A stretch of 32,000 bases of DNA from contig JBGQBI010000004.1 in the NCBI GenBank assembly GCA_041494705.1, forward strand, positions 1-32,000, read 5' to 3'. Source of the DNA: Candidatus Methanoperedens sp. Lineage in GTDB: Archaea; Halobacteriota; Methanosarcinia; Methanosarcinales; Methanoperedenaceae. Position 1 is the stretch's first letter; every line of letters begins with the position of its first letter. Made by a program: the position numbers and the translations under genes. The notes under the pieces were generated by a model. The model had not been told where the DNA came from, ran no database searches, and saw nothing but the letters and a program-made list of their open reading frames with translations. Below are positions 1 through 7,686 of the stretch, piece by piece.

Positions 1-9
1 GTTCTCTGT

Positions 10-111
10 AAGCCGAAACTTCGGCTTGCGCAGTACCCACGTATGGCAAAGCCATACGTGTATGCGGTGTAAACTGCCGCAACAGTTTTTGATAAACCTT
101 TCCAAAGGTTT
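10..111. repeat. Array of four back-to-back short perfect hairpins (REP/BIME-like). It may continue left of the window.
   Basis: Read directly: aagccgaa-ac-ttcggctt (10-27), cacgtatggc-aaa-gccatacgtg (38-60), aaactg-ccgcaa-cagttt (71-88), aaaccttt-cc-aaaggttt (94-111). Modules recur at 30043-30247. Confidence 0.7.
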
Positions 112-229
112 TCCTCTGTGCACTCTGTGGTTTTTTAAACCGGAAGATAATAAAAATTCTCTCGTTTATCAGGAAATCTATATACGGCGCACAGGAAATA
201 ATGTCTTGATAACACATTAAGAGAACATC

Positions 230-1444
230 ATGAACTTTGAAGAAGTCATAGCCCTTCGAAAAGCTTTTAATTCAGTGAGGGAAAGGCAGGTTCTAAACCC
301 GCCCAATGACTTTTCTGAGAAAAAATCGAAGCTCATCTCTACAAGGAAATCCTGTGTCGGGAACAACGAGCTTCTTGCGGCTGCAATTGAGCGCCTTAAA
401 AAAAACGGTATTAAAGTCCATCTTGTGAAGGAAAAGCAGGAAGCTATCGATATTATCCTTGGCGAGCTGGGGAGTGAAAAACTTGTTGTTAAATCCAAAT
501 CCAATGTTACAAAGGAAATAGGATTGACAAAAGCCCTTGAGGAAAAAGGTTTAACAGTAGTAGAAACCGACATTGGGGACAGGATTTTACAAGTATTGGA
601 CGCAAAACCATCTCATCCCACAGGCCCCGTAACCCACCTCTCAGCAAAAGAAATCGCAAAGGGACTGTCAAAATACTATAATATTCCCATAAAAGACGAC
701 CCTGAGGAAATTGTAAAAATAGTGAAAGCGGATGTGGTTTCCAGCCTGAATAAGGCAAAAATCGGCATCACGGGTGCAAATGCCATAACCGCAGAAGAAG
801 GCTCGATTGTGATGGCGCATAATGAAGGGAATATCTACGAGGTCATGCGCAAGGAAAAACATATTGTCGTAACTTCAATAGACAAGATATATCCCGATAT
901 CGAATCAGCCATGAACATGCTTAAAATCCTTAGCTACAATGCCACAGGCTCGATAATTCCTTCTTTTGTGGAAGTGATAAGCGGCGTGAGCAAGACCGCG
1001 GATGTGGAGAAGAAATTTATCAAAGGGGTTCACAGTCCTTCAGAAATTGTATTGATATTGCTTGATAACAAAAGAAGTGATATGGCAAAGACCGAATTCA
1101 AGGAACTCCTTTACTGCATCGGGTGCGGGAATTGCCTTATCCATTGCCCCATGTATAACACAATCGGAAATGAATTCGCAAGCGATAGCAATCTTGGGGG
1201 CAAAGGGATTGCGTATCAATCACTTTACAGCGATGAGAAAAACGAGAAACTTGAGTTTTGTCTCACATGCGGCAGGTGCAAAGAGAACTGCCCTGTGGAA
1301 CTGGATATACCTGCTATGATTAAAAAAATCAGAAGTGATGGGATTTCTTCTGAGATTTATTATTTTTTGAAAGCGCATGTGGTGTGGGGATATTATAATC
1401 TGAGTTTGACAGTTCATAAATCTCGTTCAGAACTTCAGGGCTGA
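230..1444 (+). CDS. LutB-like LUD-domain iron-sulfur protein (lactate-utilisation family)
   Basis: ATG ORF of 404 aa. The C-terminal part has two ferredoxin-type motifs, CIGCGNCLIHCP and CLTCGRCKENCP. The N-terminal region resembles LUD/DUF162. Confidence 0.7.
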   Translation: MNFEEVIALRKAFNSVRERQVLNPPNDFSEKKSKLISTRKSCVGNNELLAAAIERLKKNGIKVHLVKEKQEAIDIILGELGSEKLVVKSKSNVTKEIGLTKALEEKGLTVVETDIGDRILQVLDAKPSHPTGPVTHLSAKEIAKGLSKYYNIPIKDDPEEIVKIVKADVVSSLNKAKIGITGANAITAEEGSIVMAHNEGNIYEVMRKEKHIVVTSIDKIYPDIESAMNMLKILSYNATGSIIPSFVEVISGVSKTADVEKKFIKGVHSPSEIVLILLDNKRSDMAKTEFKELLYCIGCGNCLIHCPMYNTIGNEFASDSNLGGKGIAYQSLYSDEKNEKLEFCLTCGRCKENCPVELDIPAMIKKIRSDGISSEIYYFLKAHVVWGYYNLSLTVHKSRSELQG

Positions 1445-1510
1445 AATCAGAGTAACGCCTCGATAAAACTAATGATGTACTCTACAAAGGTTATTTTTCA
1501 AACGGATAGT

Positions 1511-2266
1511 CTAGTCAGATGGATGCCGTCCCCAAGCTCTGAGAACACGAGCTATGGCTTCCATAGTTCGAAGTCGAATCTCAGTCCTTTTGTAAAGCTC
1601 CAGAAGATCGCCTGAAGTTAGCGGAGCAATTTCTTGCTTCTTTCCCTTGTACCGAGTCCAAAATTCAACATGATGCTCGTCCACAAACTTAAAATGACCG
1701 TGAGCAATTGCATTTCGATATAGTCTGGTATCCGACTTTAATTCTTCTGGTGTTTCTATGCCATACTTGACGGTAAGTAAAAATTCCCTTCCAGTTTTTA
1801 TTAATTCCTCGTTTAGACCTTTTCCCCAATAACCAACCCATTCTTTGGCAAAATCATCTAGAACCTGCCAACGTACTATATGACCGAACATTAAGAGCAA
1901 CGGAATACTCTTAGTATACTTAGACTGAGCCGTATTCTGTATTTGACCATGTATTGTAGATAGACTTCCATTTAATACATCAATATGGTTGTTAACTGCA
2001 GGAGCATTAAGTGCCCTTTTTTGAAGCTCAGCCCGTGTAGCTTTAGAGTCGCCAAGTGCTGTCATCAAAATTTTTTCCATTGTTTCAAATGTATCCTTAC
2101 AAGTCTTACTATGTTTTTCAGCTTCATTCTCAAGAGTATCGAGGAACACTTGCATTTTAGACCATGAAATACCCTTGCGACTCTCTACATCTTTTTCCAT
2201 TTCTTCAACGATTTCAGCCGTTGATTTAAGACCAAGAGCTTCAAGAACTTCTCTTGCATTTTTCAA
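1511..2266 (-). CDS. Hypothetical protein with a C-terminal HEPN-type RNxxAH motif (putative RNase, Abi-like)
   Basis: ORF of 251 aa with a TTG start and no upstream in-frame ATG (frame closes at 2306-2308). Motif TRLYRNAIAHGHFKF fits Rx4-6H. G+C is lower than in the neighbours by hand count. Confidence 0.55.
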   Translation of the reverse strand: MKNAREVLEALGLKSTAEIVEEMEKDVESRKGISWSKMQVFLDTLENEAEKHSKTCKDTFETMEKILMTALGDSKATRAELQKRALNAPAVNNHIDVLNGSLSTIHGQIQNTAQSKYTKSIPLLLMFGHIVRWQVLDDFAKEWVGYWGKGLNEELIKTGREFLLTVKYGIETPEELKSDTRLYRNAIAHGHFKFVDEHHVEFWTRYKGKKQEIAPLTSGDLLELYKRTEIRLRTMEAIARVLRAWGRHPSD

Positions 2267-2443
2267 ATCGTCTATGCGAACACGTCCTATATTACCAACC
2301 CCTTTTTAGACTTGTGAGACACATCATTAGTACCAGTCGCTTTCTATTAATATTTCATTTATATTAATATACCGACCTCTAGGGAATAATCGCTATAATG
2401 CCGTGCCAGGTACTTTTCTCTTGTCCCCATTTGAAAAACAGTA

Positions 2444-2515
2444 TGCACCGATCGGGATTTGAACCCGAGTTATTAGCTTGGAAGGCTAAAGTCATAGCCA
2501 CTAGACCATCGGTGC
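2444..2515 (-). tRNA. tRNA-Gly (anticodon TCC)
   Basis: Cloverleaf folded by hand: acceptor GCACCGA/TCGGTGC, anticodon stem TTAGC/GCTAA with loop CTTCCAA, T arm TCGGG-TTCAAAT-CCCGA, discriminator A, no encoded CCA. Confidence 0.92.
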
Positions 2516-2599
2516 AATGAAGTTTCCCTAAGTGATTAAAAGCATTTAACGGTTTCGTTATACAAACAATTAAGTTATTTTTGTGCATTCAAGAAAGAT

Positions 2600-3817
2600 G
2601 TGTTATACCATCTGCCTTTCGGGAAAACAGAAGTTTCAATCGACATACCTTCAAAGTACAACGTCAAACTCATAAAACCAAATAATTCCGAATCAGCCAG
2701 GGATGAAATAAAAGAAATAAAACGCGCGCTGAAAGCACCCATAAACAGCAGGCGCCTCGTTGAGATTGCACGGGAAGGCAGGAAAGCCGTAATAATCGTC
2801 AGCGATACGACCCGCCCCACTCCTACCCGCAAGCTCCTGCCACCCCTGATTTCTGAATTGAAAGCCGGGGGAATCGAAGATGTGACTATTGTTTTCGGGC
2901 TTGGAATCCACAGGAAACAGACAGGGGATGAGAAAAAAGCAATATTGGGCGAATTGTATGGCAAAGTAAACGCAATAGAGCATGATGTCAACGATTGCGT
3001 TAATCTTGGGACTACAAAAAGAGGCACGCCAGTTGAAATATTCAGGCTGGTTGCAGATGCCGATATCGTGATATGCACAGGGACTATCGAGTTCCATTAT
3101 TACGCAGGTTATTCAGGTGGCGCCAAGTCCATACTTCCGGCTGTTTCTTCAAAGAGGAGCATCGATGCGAACCATGCGCTGATGCTTGACCCGAAATCTT
3201 CGGCAGGGCGGCTTGACAGTCCGGTAAGGGATGACCTTGAAGAGGCTGCACGGCTGCTGGGTATCGATTTTATCCTGAATGTCGTATTGAACGACAGGAA
3301 AGAGATTATCTTTGCAGTTGCGGGTGATTACATAGAAGCGCACAGGAAAGGTGCCGCGTTTCTTGATAAGCTTTCAAGAATCGAGGTTGAACCTTCGGAT
3401 ATTGCAATAGTTTCGCCTGGCGGCTGGCCCAGGGACATCGATATATTCCAGTCCCATAAGGCGCTTGAGCATGTCAAAAATGCGGTGAAGGATGGTGGTT
3501 CGATTATCCTTGTCGCAGAGTGCAGGGAAGGGTACGGGAACAAAGTGTTTGAGAAATGGCTGGAATACGACCGCGATGAGGTTATAAAGAAATTCAAATC
3601 CGGGTTCGTGATGGGCGGGCACAAGGCTGCGCTTATTGCGGCGCTTTCAAAGAGAGTGGATTTGTATCTTGTGTCTTCGCTGCCCGATGAGATGGCAAGG
3701 AGAGCATATTTTATTCCTGCGACTTTAGAAGAGGCGCTGGAAGCGGCGCTTGCCAAACACGGGGAGAGGGCAAAGATAATTGTGATGCCTTACGGCGGGT
3801 CGACGCTGGCTTTTTGA
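2600..3817 (+). CDS. larA: LarA-family nickel-pincer (NPN) dependent 2-hydroxyacid racemase/epimerase homologue
   Basis: GTG-start ORF of 405 aa. Blocks align with my recollection of L. plantarum LarA: VIIVSDTTRPTP, GLGIHRKQT, TIEFHYYAGYSGGAKSILP, ANHALM. The catalytic His pair, the tethering Lys and the Ni-ligand His positions appear conserved. Confidence 0.8.
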   Translation: MLYHLPFGKTEVSIDIPSKYNVKLIKPNNSESARDEIKEIKRALKAPINSRRLVEIAREGRKAVIIVSDTTRPTPTRKLLPPLISELKAGGIEDVTIVFGLGIHRKQTGDEKKAILGELYGKVNAIEHDVNDCVNLGTTKRGTPVEIFRLVADADIVICTGTIEFHYYAGYSGGAKSILPAVSSKRSIDANHALMLDPKSSAGRLDSPVRDDLEEAARLLGIDFILNVVLNDRKEIIFAVAGDYIEAHRKGAAFLDKLSRIEVEPSDIAIVSPGGWPRDIDIFQSHKALEHVKNAVKDGGSIILVAECREGYGNKVFEKWLEYDRDEVIKKFKSGFVMGGHKAALIAALSKRVDLYLVSSLPDEMARRAYFIPATLEEALEAALAKHGERAKIIVMPYGGSTLAF

Positions 3818-3829
3818 TATGTGTTATTT

Positions 3830-3926
3830 CACCGCAGAGGCGCTAAGGTCGCAAAGGAGTCTGGCAGCATTGTATTCCTCTCGCTCTACGGCACTGTCGC
3901 TTGGTGTCCTTTGCGTCTTAGCGGTG
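3830..3926. repeat. Imperfect long palindrome of the CGCAAAG family, between the larA-like stop and the tRNA(CAT) 3' end
   Basis: Left arm is caccgcagaggcgctaaggtcgcaaagga (3830-3858). Right arm is tcctttgcgtcttagcggtg (3907-3926), whose reverse complement is caccgctaagacgcaaagga. Confidence 0.6.
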
Positions 3927-3937
3927 ATTTAAATTGA

Positions 3938-4012
3938 TGGGCCCGACCGGATTTGAACCGGTGACCTCCCGGTTATGAGCCGGGCGCTCTAACCGGACTA
4001 AGCTACGGGCCC
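3938..4012 (-). tRNA. tRNA with CAT anticodon (elongator Met, or Ile2 decoded via modified C34)
   Basis: Acceptor GGGCCCG/CGGGCCC, anticodon stem CCCGG/CCGGG with loop CTCATAA, T arm ACCGG-TTCAAAT-CCGGT, discriminator A, 75 nt. Confidence 0.9.
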
Positions 4013-4040
4013 AAAAAACTAAACTTGTCCGGGACTTGAA

Positions 4041-4113
4041 CGCCGCCAACAGGGCTCGAACCTGTGACATCCTGGTTAACAGCCAGGCACTCTACCAGCT
4101 GAGTTATGGCGGC
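4041..4113 (-). tRNA. tRNA-Asn (anticodon GTT)
   Basis: Acceptor GCCGCCA/TGGCGGC, anticodon stem CCTGG/CCAGG with loop CTGTTAA, T arm ACAGG-TTCGAGC-CCTGT, discriminator G. Confidence 0.92.
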
Positions 4114-4327
4114 ACATCAAAGCGAATCTCTAAAGGCATACTCTGATTTAAGCCTTTTGTTAATGCTTACGGTTAATACTTCGCTTCAATTCCTGCCATG
4201 TTTTTCCCGGAACCTTTACACTAACAATCAACCCCATTATCTCCTTTATTTCATTTTCTTTCAGTATCGTACCCCGCGTGTTAAAATTAGGGACTGTAAA
4301 ATAGTTTGGTTTTTGACGAAAAATATT

Positions 4328-4390
4328 AGCCACGGAGGCGCAGAGAACACAGAGAAATAATGACTCTGTGACCTCCGTGTCTCGGTGGCT
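4328..4390. repeat. Composite palindrome of the CACAGAG family
   Basis: agccacggaggcgcagagaacacagag (4328-4354) faces ctctgtgacctccgtgtctcggtggct (4364-4390). Paired segments are cacagag/ctctgtg, ggagg/cctcc and agccac/gtggct. Confidence 0.6.
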
Positions 4391-4447
4391 ATTTTGCTTT
4401 TTGATTTATAGTTGAGAACCTAATTTTCAATACTTATTTTAGGAATA

Positions 4448-4515
4448 CTTTGCGTTCTTGGCGTGCTTTGCGGTGTTTGGTTTTACTCACCGCAGAGGGC
4501 GCAAAGGTCGCAAAG
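4448..4515. repeat. 28-nt-arm palindrome of the CGCAAAG family with a 12-nt loop
   Basis: ctttgcgttcttggcgtgctttgcggtg (4448-4475) faces caccgcagagggcgcaaaggtcgcaaag (4488-4515). 22 of 28 positions are complementary, and three of the six mismatches are T.G wobbles on the + strand. Confidence 0.65.
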
Positions 4516-4588
4516 ATAAGTTTAAAACGTTTAGTTTTTAACTATAACAACACCAAAGGATTTTACACTCACTAAACTTAAAAAAATA

Positions 4589-4660
4589 AGCCAAGGTCCG
4601 GAGTCGAACCGGATTGGAATCGCTCTGCAGGCGATTGCGTAGCCGTTCCGCCACCTTGGC
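4589..4660 (-). tRNA. tRNA-Cys (anticodon GCA)
   Basis: Acceptor GCCAAGG/CCTTGGC, anticodon stem ATCGC/GCGAT with loop CTGCAGA, T arm TCCGG-TTCGACT-CCGGA, and discriminator U73 as expected for Cys. Confidence 0.9.
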
Positions 4661-4863
4661 AGCCACGGCTACATACACATGATAGATAATAAGGTTTTTT
4701 ATACATCCATTCCTGCAATATTCGTTCTTGCTTAATATATATTGTAATTTAATTATAATATTTCTCAACCGTAATATATATATAGAATTACAAACAGTGA
4801 TAACTCCTCGTACAAGCGTGTTTTTGTACAGATTACAAAGTAAAATTTTAACGGAGGCTTATT

Positions 4864-6513
4864 ATGGCAGGACAATTAGGAGGACAGCCCATCTTTATTT
4901 TAAGAGAAGGCAGTCAAAGAACAAAAGGAAGAGAAGCACAGAATAATAATATCATGGCTGCAAAAGCCGTAGCGGCAGCAGTCAGGACTACCCTTGGACC
5001 AAAGGGCATGGATAAAATGCTCGTGGATTCGCTTGGGGATATCGTAATCACAAACGACGGGGCAACCATTCTTAAGGAAATGGATATCGAGCACCCGGCA
5101 GCAAAGATGATTGTCGAGGTCGCAAAGACCCAGGATGACGAGGTCGGGGACGGCACAACCACGGCAGCAGTTCTTGCAGGCGAATTCCTGAAGAATGCGG
5201 AAGACCTCCTGGAGCAGGGAGTACATCCCACAGTTATCGCAAGCGGATACAGGCTTGCATCGATAAAAGCAAAAGAAATCCTCCAGACTCTTGCAAAAAG
5301 AGTAACGGTGGATGACAAGGATTTATTATTGAAAATCGCAGCAACAGCAATAACAGGAAAGGGCGCCGAAGCATCCAAGGATGTTTTCGCAAACCTGGCT
5401 GTAAATGCTGTCCTTGCAGTAGTCGATACTGAAAATGGCAAAAAGACCGTGGATGTCGAGGATATAAAAGTCGAAAAGAAAGTTGGCGGCAGCGTTGAAG
5501 ATTCACTGTTGATTGAGGGCATGGTAATAGATAAGGAAAGAGTCCATACCAACATGCCAAAGAAGGTCACAAATGCAAAGATTCTTCTCCTCAATGAAGC
5601 ACTTGAGATCAAAAAGACAGAAGTGGATGCTGAAATCTCGATAAAATCACCTGACCAGCTCCAGCTTTTCCTTGACCAGGAAGAACAGATGATACATGAC
5701 ATGGTCAACAAAGTGATCAACTGCGGTGCAAATGTTGTCTTTGTGCAGAAAGGAATAGATGATATTGCACAGCACTATCTTGCAAAAGCCGGCATTTATG
5801 CGGCAAGGCGTGTCAAGAAGAGCGATATGGACAAGCTTGCACGCGCAACCGGTGCAAAGGTACTTACAAGCCTCAAGGAAATCAACGAATCCGATGTCGG
5901 GAAAGCGGGTCTCGTTGAAGAGAAAAAGATTGGCGATGAGGCAATGACCTATGTCACGGAATGCCATAATCCAAAAGCTGTCTCGATAATCCTCCGCGGA
6001 GGAACAGAGCATGTTGTGGATGAGGCAGAACGCGCGCTACATGATGCGCTGCGCGTTGTCGGCGTTGCAATCGAAGATGAGACTCTTGTAGCTGGCGGGG
6101 GCTCGCCGGAAGTCGAATTGGCTATGCGCTTGCGCGAATACTCAAGCACCTTGAAAGGAAGAGAACAATTAGCAGTTGCAAAGTTTGCCGAGGCCATGGA
6201 AATCATTCCCAGAACCTTAGCCGAGAATGCAGGTCTTGACCCAATCAACATGCTTGTTGAGATGAGAAGCCAGCATGAGAAAGGCAACAAGACCGCGGGA
6301 CTGAACGTGTTCAGCGGCAAGGTCGTGGACATGTGGAAGGAAGGCGTAGTTGAGCCTCTCCGCGTGAAGACCCAGGCCATCAGCTCAGGCACCGAAGCAG
6401 CCACCATGATCCTGCGCATCGACGATGTGCTCTCAAGCAAATCAACGCCAGGCGGAGGAATGCCACCCGGAGGCATGGGTGGTGGAATGGGCGGAATGGA
6501 AGGAATGGATTAA
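4864..6513 (+). CDS. ths: Thermosome subunit (group II chaperonin)
   Basis: 549 aa with GGAGG 6 nt upstream of the ATG. Hallmark blocks are [24 protein letters not shown] and VGDGTTTA, plus the GGM-rich C-terminal tail [19 protein letters not shown]. Confidence 0.97.
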   Translation: MAGQLGGQPIFILREGSQRTKGREAQNNNIMAAKAVAAAVRTTLGPKGMDKMLVDSLGDIVITNDGATILKEMDIEHPAAKMIVEVAKTQDDEVGDGTTTAAVLAGEFLKNAEDLLEQGVHPTVIASGYRLASIKAKEILQTLAKRVTVDDKDLLLKIAATAITGKGAEASKDVFANLAVNAVLAVVDTENGKKTVDVEDIKVEKKVGGSVEDSLLIEGMVIDKERVHTNMPKKVTNAKILLLNEALEIKKTEVDAEISIKSPDQLQLFLDQEEQMIHDMVNKVINCGANVVFVQKGIDDIAQHYLAKAGIYAARRVKKSDMDKLARATGAKVLTSLKEINESDVGKAGLVEEKKIGDEAMTYVTECHNPKAVSIILRGGTEHVVDEAERALHDALRVVGVAIEDETLVAGGGSPEVELAMRLREYSSTLKGREQLAVAKFAEAMEIIPRTLAENAGLDPINMLVEMRSQHEKGNKTAGLNVFSGKVVDMWKEGVVEPLRVKTQAISSGTEAATMILRIDDVLSSKSTPGGGMPPGGMGGGMGGMEGMD

Positions 6514-6545
6514 GCGGCTAAAACCGCTTATTTTTTCTTTTTCAA
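6512..6545 (+). terminator. Hairpin plus oligo-T tract after the thermosome gene
   Basis: aagcgg-ctaaaa-ccgctt (6512-6529) is followed by ttttttctttttc. Confidence 0.5.
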
Positions 6546-6554
6546 GGGGTTTTG

Positions 6555-7682
6555 ATGGATATTCTTGATACTTCAAAACATACAAAAGAAGAATCCGCCA
6601 GGATTCTCTCAAAAGAACTTGAAGAACATCCTGTTTTAATACTGACAGGTCCGCAGGGAGGAGGAAAGACCACTCTTGCGATTAAACTCCTTTCTGAGAA
6701 TGTTGGGGCTTACTTTGAAGGCCGGGCGCGTGCAGCCCAGCCTGTTGTTCTTATCAGGAAAGATTTTGTTGAAAAAATGAAAGGAGAGCTTTACGAAAAA
6801 AGAAAGCTTCCTATCTTTGAAGGCGATGAGCCCGTTTTTGTTGATGTTTCTGTTTACGACCAGGTCAAACTGCTTGTCGAGAATATCTTTGATGTGATGG
6901 AACTCGGGGAACCGGAATTCATCAGGCAGATTAGCTTATTGACAAAGAAAATGGGTTTTGTTTCCAAGGCGATTGAACTTGTGGCAAGTGATGAGGAGCT
7001 TGTCAAGAGAAGGCTTGCAAGACATCTTGACGCAAAGGAACGTCTTTCCACACTCATCGAAAAAGAGAAAAAGTATGGTATAGAATCAAACCTCTGGAGC
7101 ATCCAGGGGGCGAGGGTCACTGATATCATTAACCGTGATGGGGTTATGGATTATGATGAAGACCAGATATCAAGGACTATCAAGGATTTTGACAGGATTA
7201 TCCCGACTAAAGGCATGACAATTGAGGATTGCCTGCAAAAGATGATAGAAATTTCAAATAATGAGAATAATGAGAGCGGTTTTCTTGTCGAGCACACGGA
7301 TGAAGGTGATAAGATAATAAGCGACCTCGTAGTGGGAAAAGGTATGAATTCTCTTATCGGCGTAACGCTTCTTGAAATATATGTGGGTTTTCGCCAGAAC
7401 AGGTCACTTTATCGTGCTTATAAACATGCCAGGGAAGGAAAACTTGAGATAATTCATTCATACACTCCAACACTCCAGGAAATGGAGTACATGGCAAATC
7501 CATGGATGCCGCCTATTAGTTCTGAAATTCCAATATTGTCCTCGGCTGATGTTGCAGCAGCGGAGCGGTTTGATATCACGGTGTCTGTGGTTGAGCCGGA
7601 CGGCAAAGTGGAGTCGTCAAGTAAAAAGAGAAAAAAAGAACTGCAAGAGATTGTTTCCGGGATAATCGCGACAAAAGAATAA
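6555..7682 (+). CDS. Uncharacterised P-loop NTPase (AAA-like Walker A)
   Basis: ORF of about 375 aa. The ATG at 6555 is one codon inside the TTG given in the track. Walker A is VLILTGPQGGGKTTLAIKL and a possible Walker B is PVFVDVSVYD. The remainder is not recognisable. Confidence 0.6.
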   Translation: MDILDTSKHTKEESARILSKELEEHPVLILTGPQGGGKTTLAIKLLSENVGAYFEGRARAAQPVVLIRKDFVEKMKGELYEKRKLPIFEGDEPVFVDVSVYDQVKLLVENIFDVMELGEPEFIRQISLLTKKMGFVSKAIELVASDEELVKRRLARHLDAKERLSTLIEKEKKYGIESNLWSIQGARVTDIINRDGVMDYDEDQISRTIKDFDRIIPTKGMTIEDCLQKMIEISNNENNESGFLVEHTDEGDKIISDLVVGKGMNSLIGVTLLEIYVGFRQNRSLYRAYKHAREGKLEIIHSYTPTLQEMEYMANPWMPPISSEIPILSSADVAAAERFDITVSVVEPDGKVESSSKKRKKELQEIVSGIIATKE

Positions 7683-7686
7683 GATT

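Noticed and set aside
26-220. 64-aa + strand ORF at the left edge
   Set aside because: It runs straight through the four perfect hairpins of the repeat array and has no RBS. The repeat structure explains the sequence better.
1445-1510. Direct-repeat (att) copy of the tRNA-Gly 3' half marking the far end of the HEPN islet
   Set aside because: By eye, no match to tgcaccgatcgggatttgaacc is present between the lutB-like stop and the HEPN gene stop. The islet idea therefore rests only on composition and position.
1470-1520. Box C/D sRNA suggested by aatgatgt at about 1475
   Set aside because: There is no correctly spaced D', C' or D (CTGA) box on the same strand downstream.
2575-3097. 167-aa and 134-aa minus-strand ORFs overlapping the larA-like gene
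   Set aside because: The + strand frame carries the conserved LarA blocks, so these are shadow ORFs.
4284-4427. Possible MITE-like terminal inverted repeats aaaattagg / cctaatttt flanking the 4328-4390 palindrome
   Set aside because: Only 9 nt match in an AT-rich context, the intervening flanks do not align, and no target-site duplication is visible.
3830-4515. CRISPR array
   Set aside because: The repeats are inverted (palindromic) with heterogeneous sequences, not regularly spaced identical direct repeats separated by unique spacers. No cas genes are present.
4106-4768. ORFs 4106-4360 (+), 4538-4768 (-) and 4728-4946 (+)
   Set aside because: They overlap tRNA-Asn, tRNA-Cys, palindromic repeats or the AT-rich thermosome promoter and its 5' end. 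None has coding-like composition.
4914-5720. 268-aa minus-strand ORF (and 5949-6476, 175 aa) inside the thermosome gene
   Set aside because: It is antisense to a gene with unmistakable chaperonin motifs. The translation is low-complexity and Ser/Ala/Thr-rich with no start context, which is typical of a shadow ORF.
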